The translations under genes were made by a program, and so were the position numbers. A stretch of DNA of 64,000 nucleotides from Basidiobolus meristosporus CBS 931.73 (taxonomy: Eukaryota; Fungi; Basidiobolomycota). Below, piece by piece: positions 49,764-62,168 of the stretch (positions are counted from its first letter, which is position 1; the number at the start of each line of letters is the position of its first letter). The notes beneath the pieces were generated by a model, which was not told where the DNA came from, ran no database searches, and saw nothing but the letters and a program-made list of their open reading frames with translations. The stretch lies in assembly GCA_002104905.1 (NCBI GenBank), contig MCFE01000383.1, forward strand, positions 1 to 64,000. The letters run 5' to 3'.

Positions 49764-52708
49764 ATGCCCGCAAGTAACGCCAAACCGCCACAACATAGCG
49801 GACCACCGGAAGACGGGCCCCCATACGAGTATAGGTTAGAAGAACAAATAGGTATGAAGCTTGCATCCAACGCTTCAGAGAGCCATAAATTCCCAAACTC
49901 CAACACCCCGTCCACTTCGCCAAAACATTCCACTGTCCCCGATAGTAGTTCTTGGAGTGTTCCGGATGGAAAACTGCAAGTAAGACCTCGGAAGCACCTC
50001 CTTCAGTGGTCCCACCGATTCACTCGACGTTTTCCTCGTAGGTCCGGGTGATCAAAGTGTCGGTCAACAAACCAGCTCGACGGATGTATGTTCGGCTTAC
50101 CTTAGGAGGTGAAGTACGTTTACTTTAGCTACGGTGCCAGCAGAACCTTTCGCTCTGACCCCTCTAACCCCACCAACAGACCAGATCTTCCGAACCTCCA
50201 TATCGGAAGACGCCGAAGGCTATTGGAACGAAAGCTTTGACTTCGACGTCACCTACCATTCCCAGCTATTTGGCATCTGTCAGGTAAATTCCTCACGGTA
50301 GTGTCGCTTCGAGCTCCGAATCCCCTGCTGATGGGTCGTTTCTGCAGTTGGATCTGTTTGAAGCGAACGTTCTCTTCTCCGACACGCACATAGGAAGAGC
50401 CGAGATCCCTCTCTCTCAACTGGAAGGGATGCCAGAGCATTTTCATAGGTATTTTCCCTTGGGGTTTCTTGGTTTCCTCGGCTTGATGAACTGATTGCCG
50501 TTTTTTCAGTTGTTATGAGCTGTGGGATAAACGTGTGTCGCCCAGTAATATCACCTCCCTGGACGCCTGGGATATGGGGTTGGTCAACCATGGGGCGATT
50601 CAGGTTAGAATCAATTACCGGTACCAAGGGCTGGTCAGTAAAGTGCGTCAGACGAACATGAAAGCGGAAAGCCAAGAGCTGGACCGAAAGGTAGGGAGCA
50701 TCTTCCGGAGTCGGTTGGAATCGGCGCTGGAAGAAAAAGGGCCGACCACCGGGTTTCGTAAGATCGAGGAGCAGGAAAGCAGGGATGCTCTGGCGGAGAA
50801 GGAGGAGTATCTGTTCAGTCTGGGGGAATCGGAAGAGATCAAGTCCACCGAATCCTCATCAGCCATCACTGGATTCAGTAGATACCTGTTCTCCGATCAA
50901 ACGTTGCAGGTGCTGCAGGGGATCAGCAAACTGTCGGCAGCATTCGTAAGAAGTTTAGTCACTTCAGAAATGGAACTAGTGCTGAGTGATGCATCTGTCA
51001 ACTTCTTAGGGACAAGGCCTGGTCGCGTCAAACGTCGAGATCCTGGCAGGGCTGGTGATACTAGAGAAATTCTATCTAACGGTGGCTGAGTATGTTGTAT
51101 ATTCACTTGGTCACGGAAGCAGGAGAACTCACGTTTATTAGCGTCAAGACCAGGAAGTACATACAGGATTTGAATGACATTGAATACCCCGCTCATTTTT
51201 ATAAATATGCCATGGCCGCTTATGTATGGAACGGACTAGTATTCCTTGTAATGGAGAAAAGGGTACTAATTCTCGATGTGCTATAGGGTTGGCGGGGACT
51301 GCATTTCTTTGGAAAACAGAAGAGCCTTATGGCAGGTAATGGTCTATATCAAGCAGACATCCTCCCCCAAGTCTAATCCGGATCGCTTCTACCCCTGCTA
51401 GGTGCTATTGGTAAGGAATCAGACGCTACGAGTATTCGAGAGTTCCTGGTTCTACCTCGGGAAGATCTTCTCGGGTTCGAGTTTCGCAACGGACAGGTTT
51501 TTCAGCCAAGTTATTTCATCGCATTGGACAGAAGTACCAACTCGATTGTACTGAGTATCCGAGGAACAATGGTAAGGAACCATTTTGCCGGCTAGAACCA
51601 TCACTACAAAATCACCAACCTAGACCCCTAGAGCGCCCAAGACACCCTCACCGACCTGGTATGTGAGTACCAGCCTTGGAATGGGGGAGTGATCCATGCA
51701 GGAATGAAATCTTCCGCACAGTTCTTCATGACCGAGATCATCCCGCAGCTACTGGCGCATATAGCAGAGCATAAGGTGGATACCTTGAATATTGTCGGGC
51801 ATTCGCTAGGAGGAAGCACGGCCAGTATTCTGACCATGATGATCATAGAGCATCAGGACGAAATCAGGCAGGCCAGCGGATGCGACTTCAAGATTCAATG
51901 TTACGCTTACGGGCCCGGCCCGTCAGTCTCGCTGGATCTGGCAAAGAAGTACGAAGGAGTCATCCATTCGTATGTAAACGAGAGTGACATTGTGTGTCGA
52001 CTCAGCTATGGAAGTATGATGGACTTCAAAAGCATGATTCTATGCGCGGTGGAGTGCTCTAGTAATCACCTGCAAGAACTGCTAGGTTTTGGGGTACTTT
52101 CAATTCTAACCTCATTTAGGAAAATCAAGCACTAACCACGGCCACGCGCATGCTTCAACAGGGGGTTTCCGGACTTTCTGGGAATAGTAATTCTTCGGAG
52201 AAATGGAAGAAACGATTCAACTTCCTTATGGAACATCGGCAAAAAATCATCGGAAAGAAGCTGGCCAAGCCTAAGGTCGGTTGCATAGTGTTTGTTTACT
52301 CGCATGGCATCAGGGCAATGTTTCCTAATATACCGTTACCCACCCCCATCTTCCTAGCTGTATATCGCGGGAACGGTGTTTCACTTGTACTCGGAGCCTA
52401 CCTTGGCCGAACCTAATCGGACACTGATGGAACAAGCTGATGCGGAAGACTTTTCGGAGATGTTGATACGTAGCAGTATCATCATGGATCATCTACCCAG
52501 CAAGTACGAGAGCGCCTTTCACAAGGCCCGTGAAACGCTGATGAGAGGAAAGGTAGAGATTCCAACTTCGCCGAACGAGGAGCCAAGCTCGTGCATACGC
52601 ACAGAGCTCGCTGAACAGTTTGCCCGAGAGATCGAGAACCCTAGCCTGACCCAGTTACCTCTGGACATAGGCGTTCTCGGGCTAAGCCAGCAAGTAGATT
52701 CAACGTAA
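49764..52708 (+). CDS. Multi-exon C2-domain + class-3 (DAG-lipase-like) lipase
   Basis: Spliced exons give C2 motifs (WNESFDFDV, LDLFEAN.LFSDTHIGRAEIPL) and lipase motifs LSIRGTMSAQDTLTDL, HAGM, GHSLGG, NESDIVCRL; GT-AG introns. Confidence 0.88.
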
Positions 52709-53750
52709 CAGCCGCGGTGAGACCACCAAAGTCAACCTTATTTGGGACATCATTGAATGAAGTGATTGGGAACACCTCGAGGGTCTTCGCTCCAATAGAC
52801 TCCAGAATGTCAGGATGTTACCGTCGGCCGGCTACTGTAACACCCTTGTAAGCATCATCAAACGACACAACGATGTACAATACGCGACATTACCGAATAA
52901 AATCCTTTTAGGACCATGTAGCACCAATTAGATATGTTTATCTATAGCATCGAGTGATTGAATGAAATCTCTAGCCGAATGTTGCGTTTTATTGGTAGAG
53001 CTTGGCCGTTCGGCGCAGTCGCATCAACCGAAACACTTCAGTTCCTGGAATCCCAGAATTGGATGGCCAGAAAATGGTCACCCTCGGCAACATCAAAGGT
53101 TGGGGAATCTTCCGCGAGAAAAGGGGGGTTTGTGCAAAGCTAACAAGCCCCAGCCAATGGTCATGAAAGCAACACGATCCGATATGGCAATCATTTCCTC
53201 GTTCAGAACTCGAATGGCAAGTACCATCGTCTTTATGAGTGACAATCCTCCACAATAATGATAGCTCAGCGTTGACATCATGTATCACCATATCTAGATG
53301 GCCTAGTCAACCATCAGATCGTGTCACACACAGTAGCTTATTCCACCCCCTACAATCGATCCAATAAGTACAGGACGCAGCACCTCCAGCATCGTACTCA
53401 TTGCCAATAAATGTTGATTTAGCTAGCTTTATAGAAGCATCCTTAGTGCGAGGATTACCAATAGGTAAATTTGGAGGCCGCTATGGGTACCAATAAGCAA
53501 GGTGCCTCGAGGTACCGAGAATTAGTTCGACTTGCCAAGCATAGCTAGATTCCATTTAATTCAACCAGGCCTAAAACATCCTTATATGACGAAATGGCTC
53601 GAATTTGGCCTGTCATCCCACTTGAATATATATATATACAGACCGCTTTCGATTGAAGCCTTCCCTTCCCCAGATATTATCGATCCCTGCCTATCAACTT
53701 TCCTCAACTCATCCAACCTCTTTACTTCTCCACCATCTGCTTTCCCAACC

Positions 53751-54647
53751 ATGCCGCCCCATCGATACAAGCTTACCGACGAGCAGCGTAGGAAGTTGGT
53801 CTACGCGGTGATCAACGAAGGAAAATCCATCAAAGAGACGGCGGACGAGTTTCAAGTGCCCTACGTAACGGTGTACGCGGTCATTCACACCTTTCGAAAA
53901 ACCGGAAGGATCAACGCTCTCAAGAAGGGTGGTGACCGTCGAAGCAAGTTGAATCAATCGCAGCACGATTGGATCACTCAACGAGTCGACGACCAACCGG
54001 ATATTTCGATCAGACAGCTCACTATGGAGCTGTGCGAGGAGTTCGATCTCCAGGTGTCGGCCTCAACCATCTCACGGGTCCTCTCAAAACGAGGCTTCGC
54101 CGTACGTCGGATCCTCCCGTCAGCGCAGGAGGCCGAAATATCGAAGGAAGACAATGTGGGACAGGCTCTCGTCGAGTTTGCCGGTCAGGTTGTGTATATT
54201 GGTGAGGCAAGGTATCGAATCTTTATCAAGCGCACACACGACGATGAGGAGCCACCCAGGTCAGCAAATCAGACCGCCACTATCTACCTTGCTTTGAAGA
54301 AAAACAAGCCACTGTTCTCAGATATCCAGCTAGACCCATTTCAATTGACTACGTTCTCTTCGTTCATGGATGAAGTGCTAAAACTGATAGGCAACACGAA
54401 GCATTGCATTGTTTATAGCGTATTTGACGTAGACCATGAAGCGAAGCTGAAAGAACTCCTTCAGAACTCCCCTCACAAGCTTCTCGCTCTCCCCTCGAAC
54501 GAAACCGTTGCCAATCCTCTAGAGCGCGGATTCAGCCTTATCAAGAACTTCCTCCGAAGGGATCTGCTTTCACCTCAAGATACCCTTCTTGCTAGATTCC
54601 AGGAGGCTTTAGATAGGACGATACGAGAAGTATGGGTTGATACGTGA
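53751..54647 (+). CDS. Tc1/mariner-IS630-derived HTH protein (298 aa), predicted catalytically inactive
   Basis: N-terminal paired HTH region (GKSIKETADEFQVPYVTVYAVI; VSASTISRVL); degenerate DDE motifs YIGE, IVYS, LPSNETVANPLE. Confidence 0.8.
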   Translation: MPPHRYKLTDEQRRKLVYAVINEGKSIKETADEFQVPYVTVYAVIHTFRKTGRINALKKGGDRRSKLNQSQHDWITQRVDDQPDISIRQLTMELCEEFDLQVSASTISRVLSKRGFAVRRILPSAQEAEISKEDNVGQALVEFAGQVVYIGEARYRIFIKRTHDDEEPPRSANQTATIYLALKKNKPLFSDIQLDPFQLTTFSSFMDEVLKLIGNTKHCIVYSVFDVDHEAKLKELLQNSPHKLLALPSNETVANPLERGFSLIKNFLRRDLLSPQDTLLARFQEALDRTIREVWVDT

Positions 54648-56572
54648 CACGGCGTCAATAATACGTACTGAGAATGATCCCATCGACCCCCAGCCGTAAT
54701 CATGCACTAAGACAGACGTGAGCGTTGAACCATACGCGCGGAGGACCCTCGACAGGAATAGAAATAGTATACTTCGTACAATTCGAGCAACCTATACCTT
54801 CTCTCGAATAATCGTAATAGTCATAATAAAGCATACACTTTGCCATCGCGCCTGATCCACATTAATCACATCCTTGTTCATCGTGATGTCATCAAATACC
54901 CAGGGAAAGGCGTATATTTGGAGGCACTACCATGTTGTGATGGAGCTCAGATCGCCACGCATGCATATCCGAACCTTTTGTATTACGCCACAGTGACTGG
55001 ATGACTCTGACCTGACTTCATTCATATTGAGAGATGGCGTTTTGAAACCTTCTTACAACACGCACATTCCATATCCGAATTTGAAAAAGACACGAGGGGA
55101 TTGTTTGGACTGATGGACTTGTTGAACGGATGGAGATCTCTCCATGCTGTCCAATATCCCCCAAATGTGGTGTCCATGTTACGAGGACCTTCTATCATCA
55201 ACTCTCATGGTTAAGTTTGCTAGCTTCAGTTGGAAAGTTTACCATCTAAACTCTACTCAACTACTCAACCTCAGTAATTCACCCTTTCTTTGGAGCCATC
55301 ATTCTCACAGTCATTTCACATATCACCTGGGTTTGTCAAAAGGGATCACGAGAAGACTCCATATGAACCCAACAGGGTTGCTATATCCACCATAGATTTG
55401 TGGGGCATCACATTAGGAGGATCCTTGGGACTGATGGAAGTACTAAATATTCGCAGCCTATCAAAACACTGCATTTTATGTTACAGGCATTAGGTACAGC
55501 CCTGGCAAAGTACCATGTGTCTGTTTACCTCATCTTCAAATAGCCGTATGAAGCCATACCAATATAGCCATCATTTCTGTCAACCAGAATGCTCATCAAG
55601 CCAAGTAAGGGAGGATTAAGTGTAGAAATAGGCTACTGCTAGGAGTGGATCACGTGGCCCGGTGGGTATTTTACGACCGGATTGTATGGTTAGAGTATCC
55701 CAAGTGTCTGGGGAGTTTCAAATCAAATTCCGGATCAAAATGCGAGCCAGATTTATGCTATCGACATCCACTGCCAAGTCGGTGTTCATTTTGGGAGGTG
55801 AGCCGATCCTTCGAACCATTTATATCGATGGCCACTTCATTCCTATTAGGGTCATCCCAACCAGATTGAGGAACCGCGGGACTCGGATAAAAAGTATCCC
55901 CTTCAAAGCTTAAAACATCGACCCCTCTGGTTCGGGGGAGGGGAGCTCACCCAGGTCGAAAATATCGACCGCGCTGGTTGGCGAGTTGATATTTGGCATC
56001 TGCTTGGAGGAGTAGTCGGCGCTGATCGAACATACTGAGTCAAGGCATCCCGAAACCATCTCGTTGGTGATGTGGTTTCAAGGGATTCAACGGAACGGTC
56101 TGGAGATGTGACTCGTCGAGGTAACCAAGTGCGGACCCATTCCTCAGTGTTGATATGACATGTTTAAGGCTACGTAGCCGGATAATGTAATTTGCCAGTG
56201 GGTCGGGTGAAGGTGGGAGGGGAGTGAAACCTCGTTTACCCCAAGTTGGCGAGTATATTTGGAAGCAAGGCTGGATTGATGTATATGAAATGGGCAAGGT
56301 GGTAGATTTGTTGGAGAGAAAGAGAAAATAAGTTTCGTGAGCCAATACAGTTTATGGTGACACAATGTGACCTCCTATTGATCAAAGTGGTATGCCTCAG
56401 AGCATGTGTATTATGGGGGATGAATACCCAGCAGAAGCCATTCGATTCGCTTGTGGTATGGACATCAATATTGAAGACCGTCGACAACGAGTGGATATTG
56501 ATTATATAAGGCGACGACCTTCCCTCACCTTCCTCATCTTCCGTAATATTTCTATTCGATTGAACTTGCCAA

Positions 56573-58362
56573 ATGTCCAACGAAGCCGATTCGGTGGTGA
56601 GTACAGTTGTACAGTCAAGCGGTGATTATGGCTACAGAACCGGTGCAGAGGAGAGGTCAGCCCCTGCCGAGAGCAAGGAAGTGAGGGCCCACTATCAAGT
56701 GAGAAAAGGTTCATCCAAAGAACCATCCGAAGAGCAAAAGCTGACCCAGCTGATGTGTGAGATACCAGAGTTTTCCAGACGGAAGAAGGCGTCGATTGTG
56801 GTGGTAGTTGCATTAGCCGGGATGGTAGGCCCCATTTCGACCAATATGTTCGTGCGTATGAATGGTTTCTTTAATTCACTGGGCGTGTGCCATCAGCCAA
56901 CTTACTAGAGCCTCTAGGTTCCCTCGCTTGCGAAAATGCGTGAGGAGTTTGGAATGAGCGAATCAGTAGGGAATTTGACCGTCACCGTATTCATGATATT
57001 TTTGGCCATTGCGGTAAATGGGTTGGATTTTCGGAGGAATCGAATGGTCTACTAATCCACATCATCATCAGCCATTGCTTTGGGGACCTGCATCGGACAA
57101 AGTTGGAAGAAGGGCTATTTACTTGATCTCCATCTCGATCTTCATTGTCGCTAGCGTAATATGCGGTTTCTCGATCAACAGTGCTATGATGATTAGCATG
57201 CGTGGAGTACAAGCCATTGGTTCATCGGCGGTCCTAGCGATTGGTAAGTTTTGATCCGTGATTGACGGCCTCCTACTTAGCTGACGTTCTGTAGGTGCTG
57301 GTACTATCAGTGACATATTTGAGCCATCTGAGCGCGGGACGGCCTTTGGCCTGTATTATTTGGGGCCCCTGCTCGGGCCCGTGTTGGGTACCTACTGATA
57401 GTAGCACCATGCAACATCTCACCACTGACCAACCATCATCACCATCACTAGGGCCGGTCATTGGCGGAATATTAGGGGACAGGGCAGGCTGGCGAGTGAT
57501 CTTTTTCATGCTTGCTGGACTGGGGCTTCTTGTGCTAGTGTTGATTATCCTAGCTCTACCAGAAACCATGCCAGAGATCCGTGCCCGGAACTACGCCCGC
57601 CAGAACAACCTGACACCTCCAACTGTGACGAAGAAAGTGAGCATCATACAGCCTCTACTCATGCTGCAGTACCCGTCTGCGGTCATGGTCATTCTGTATG
57701 CGTGCTCCATTCTTGCGTCTGTGTATAGCTACACTACGTCGGTGCCGATCACATTTCGTTCACAGTACGGCCTAGATACATCCCAAGTAGGCCTTCTGTA
57801 CTTGAGCTCTGGTGTTGGCAACATCATCGGGGCGTTGTTGGGTGGGAGGCTATCTGATTACTCGCTGAGAAAACTCCGGGTGAAGTATCAAGGCACAAGG
57901 ATCCCCCCGGAAGCACGATTCAATTTGGTTTGGTTCGGCTCGATCTTCTTCCCGGTGAGTTTGTTGTGCTACGGGTGGCTGGTACGATTCAATGTTAATA
58001 TTGTGGGGCCTCTGGTGACGATGTTTCTGAGTGAGTGATAAATTTCCGCCCAAGAAACTGATAGGATTCTTCTCTAAGCTTGTGTTTTGCTTTCAGTTGG
58101 CTTCAACTCCACCTATGTCTTTTCCAACACATCAACATACATTGTGGATATCTTTCCCGGATATGGGGCCAGTGCCACTGCCACGAGTAATTGCTTGCGG
58201 TATTTGAGTGGAGCAATCGCGTCAGGAATTGTCAGCCCCTTACTTGATCTAATGGGCCCAGGTTGGCTATTTACTGGGCTGGCTCTTCTTACTATTCTCA
58301 TGGATGGTGTGCTGTATATTGTGTACAAACATGGTGAGCGATGGAGACCGAACCTAAGCTAA
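56573..58362 (+). CDS. MFS transporter, DHA1 drug:H+ antiporter-like, multi-exon
   Basis: FSRRKKASIV, WGPASDKVGRRAIY (motif A), GTISDIFEPSERG, GPVLGPVIGG (motif C), WRVIF, PEARF; GT-AG introns. Confidence 0.92.
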
Positions 58363-59107
58363 GCCTCGTTGGATAGAATGGCTCCTCCCTTACCATTGCT
58401 TCATATTTGACCATACTACTACTCGATACCTATCATTACTGATCTCCTGCGCTCCCGTCTTTACCGGTCAGCGGTATTACCCGATTTCTTGTACTCTCAC
58501 CATTGAATGACTGATTCAGAGTCAAGCTTCAACATTTGACGAATAAATATGATGCCATTTTAATCTGGCTGCCGGCATTTGCTCGGATGCGATCATCAAT
58601 TCACGATACAACTATTCTTCCGAGAATACAAATATTTAGATTAAACCATAATCTATTTTTATCGATAGTTGGTGTCAGCGGAGAATATGTTCTAAATCAA
58701 ACAAATTAAGCTAGCTTTCATCCTCCAATTACTGAGCATCGTCATGGGTACCAATGCCCCATCAGACGTCTGCAAACAGCCTTTCCCAACTGGTTTGATC
58801 AATCACTCCAAACTAGCTACTATCCATGTTTACTAGCATCATTATTGATGGAATGATGCACTTTGCTTTACCTAAAATTTACTGAAGATAAACTATAATC
58901 ACTATGTTGTGTAAAGGCTAAGCTTGTATATTCTCCATGTCTAATTGTGTAATACATGACATACATACTAGACAGAGTAGATGAAGTAACAAATACATAT
59001 TTGACTTTTTGGACATTTGCTATTCTTACTACACTACCATAATATATACTGTGTTGTGCTCCATCCTACTCATAGCCTATAGCTTATGTCTTACACTAGA
59101 TGGGATC

Positions 59108-59370
59108 TGTTGTAAAGATTTGTAATTCCACCTAAATATTCACATAACTTAGTCACGTAGATCATTACCTACAAATCTTAGAGAATTCTGCGCAAGTTCC
59201 TTGTTGGGATTTACTTGGAATATTTTCACCAAAACATCAGGTACCCAGAGCATGAAAATCAGATAAGTTGTCCAAACAGCCAAACTTTGTACACATATTC
59301 TTGCAACCTTCCTAAACATAATTTACTTGTTCTCCCAGTCACTTCCAATATTTCCAAAACTCTTATAATA
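59108..59370 (+). repeat. Copia-type LTR relic
   Basis: tgttgtaaag..ccacctaaata..tagtcac.tagatc matches the 32535 LTR family. Confidence 0.6.
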
Positions 59371-59639
59371 TGAAACTAGGAGTGATACATAGGAACAATA
59401 AGATATAAGCATCCTTATAGGGCTAATCCATTTAAAAGCTGACCATCTTTATACCTTGAAAATGTAATTTTAGCTTTGGTTATCTTGGATAAGAATGAAT
59501 CCTGAGCAACTTTGAGCACTAGCTTCAAGGGTTAGTAATGTGCTCACAAACTGATTTTAAACAATGATTTGCAAGTTCTGAAATATACATGTATGAGATT
59601 CCAGTTATTTCATAAAGCTGGTCAGGGGGCTATATGAGA

Positions 59640-59950
59640 AATCTCAAAGTTGGAATTCATTGGATTCTTAGCTGGTATTCAGCAGGTATTCTGATGGTAT
59701 TTTGCAGATATTCAGTTGGTGTTTCTGCTTCAAACTTTCAGTTGCAATTCTTGGTGAAAGTAATAAGCAGTGGATTACCAGATTTGGTATGAATACTAGT
59801 TGGCCTAGCCTCCCTCTAGAAAGGATGTCTGCTTGCCTACTGTGACACTGGTATGTGAGTTACTGAGAGTTGTTACTTTTGGGAAAGTTGGAATTCAGCT
59901 GATATTATCATAGTATTCTGCTGTCCTTTTCTTAATTTTTTCTTAAGGGG
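59640..59950. repeat. CACTA-like subterminal repeat relic
   Basis: Repeated ggtattc(t/a)g(c/a)(t/a)gg units resemble the reverse complement of 35030-35065. Confidence 0.4.
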
Positions 59951-60042
59951 AAGTAATTGAGCTCACAGACTAGGCAATGAAATAATTAGACAGATATCAA
60001 AGCCTTTCACAGATTGCTTGTGAATATTTTATTGAGTGGGAG

Positions 60043-60381
60043 TGTTGTAATTGTCAAGTTGTCACCTAAATATTCATGCTAACTTAGTCACATAGATCTT
60101 ATTCTGTGAATAGCATTCTGTTCTGACCAAATCACTTGTTGGGATTTACTTAGAATATTTTCACCATATTATCAGGTACCCAGATTATAATCTTTTTCAA
60201 AGTTGTCCTAACTTTGCACACATATTCTTAGGACCTTTCTTAACAAACTTCACACATTTGCTTGCTCTACTTTATCAAAAGTATGAATACCATACTTTTG
60301 ATTAATAATTATACAAGTGAATAACATGTAAATCCTCTAGTTCTCCACATCACTTCCAATACTCCTCAGAATATTGCAACA
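60043..60381 (+). repeat. Copia-type 3' LTR preceded by PPT TGAGTGGGAG
   Basis: TGTTGTA...TTGCAACA; similar to 59108 and 32535. Confidence 0.7.
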
Positions 60382-62168
60382 GTTTGTGCTTTTCTGATAG
60401 AGAACAGCTAAGCCTCATAATTTGCCTGGGAGTAGTGAACGTAAAGTATACATAGTAGGATGCTAAGGCATGATTCCTGGTTCTCATTTCTGGGAAGTTG
60501 TAAATTAGACTCCAAGTAGATTTCTGAAGAATTTTCATTTGGTATCTGATGCTGTCTGTCAAAAGTTTCTGCTAGGATTAAAGTGAATTGCAAATTGTAC
60601 ACTATAGCGTAGTGGTGCCCACCTACGACCATATTCAGAGTTTTTCAGCATAGCAAATAGTAGCAAATCAAATTAGCGTTCTCTTGCTTAATATCGACTT
60701 ACATCAAACAATATTTTTAGCAGTACCACAGTCGCAAACCACATGTGCATAATCTGTCTCATCAAAAACCCCCAACACGATATACATGATCAACGTTTTC
60801 CGATATCCTCAGGAATTGGATGTTTCGGCAGCCAGAGATTCAATCACTTGGCGTGGATTTCTTTCAACTAAAATGGCAGATTGTTTCAAAATACTCAGAG
60901 CACTAGATACTCCGAAGCGAAGACCAAATACTGCGCTATCAGAGTGTCAAGTTCCAGTGCGCATAGTCTGGCGACCACATTTGCGATACCCAAAGAAGAA
61001 CGGGCTTCCAGAACAAGTTGAATACTAATAGAACCGGGCAAATGCTATCTACGTGCGGACAATCCAAACGCTTTAGCAATGTTTTGATATCTTCAGGAGC
61101 CCAAAAGAAGCAACATTTACGAAGCACATGCCTCACCAATCCCAATCCGAAATTGAGTGTTTACAACCAATGATCCATCATGAGATACAGATCCCAGCAA
61201 ACGATGCCCAGGCCAATTGGAGCAGCCGAGGAGATCCCCAATGTTGAGCACACCGAGACTTGATTCATAACTAGATTTCCTCCCCTTCAACGTCCCACCA
61301 CATCCACAGGATTCGGTGGCACGACCCGATTTGAACAAAGCCAGATCCACTGGCGTTAGATTTGTCATTGATACAAGAACGTTGAAGAAATCCATGCGGC
61401 CAGTCGAAAGAGTTCCTCTAATTGGGTCAAACCACCCAGTTACGAGCAGCGTTTACAGGGGAGGGGTCTCCATTGAGTACACAGCATGCTGGCCAGTTTG
61501 AGCCACCAGCGTTTCCTTGTGTTGAGCCATTAATGGCGGTTGTCAAACTCGATATGAAACCTGTTACCACCAAGGAGTTACACGAGACATATAATTTCTG
61601 ATGCGACAACCCTCGGTCCAACCTATGGATCACCATGATTGCCGGGGTGATTGGGGGGGGCTGATTGTTCACCAACTTACCCACACAGATTCCGCCGGGG
61701 ATTGGTACCTGTCTTGCGGACAATCCGTACGAATTGGGCTAAATCCGTGTTCTACCGAAGACGAGGTTTGTTTGCAGCAGAGGGGGAACACCACGCAATA
61801 TAGAAGGAAAGGAAGATTCCCTTGTACCCCTGGTTGCAAATCACTCATAGTCCACTGCAGCATACGGGCCGTCCGGCCAACCCTCTCTATCTAGCCAGTT
61901 ATACTGTTGAGCCTCTTACCTAGCGAAGCATGCCGCCAACAATGCTGATCCCACTGTTAATTGGGGAGAAACCTGAGGTCATCATGCCCGATATGGGGCA
62001 TCTGGTATCGGGTATTGGGTATCAAGATAACCTATTGTTTATTTGTCATGCTCTATTCTAGTAAGGAAGAAGGTGGTGGATCATGATTGATCTATACGTG
62101 AACCAGCATTCCGAATAGGAATCATCAGCTGGACTGCCATTGGTGTCACCATGAAAAGCAATGTTGCA

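Noticed and set aside
52958-53291. Cluster of short ORFs on both strands
   Set aside because: No recognisable motif or consistent splice model.
53627-53660. TATATATA|CAG... as a possible Tc1 left TIR
   Set aside because: No matching inverted copy found downstream of the ORF; more likely a TA-rich promoter element.
55100-56500. Short ORFs and a small hairpin GGTCGA-AAATA-TCGACC near 55953
   Set aside because: No tRNA cloverleaf or protein motif; a 6-bp stem is expected by chance.
59108-60381. Possible TRIM formed by the two LTR relics
   Set aside because: The LTRs are quite divergent, there is no TSD (GGATC vs GTTTG) and no PBS is visible, so separate relics are more likely.
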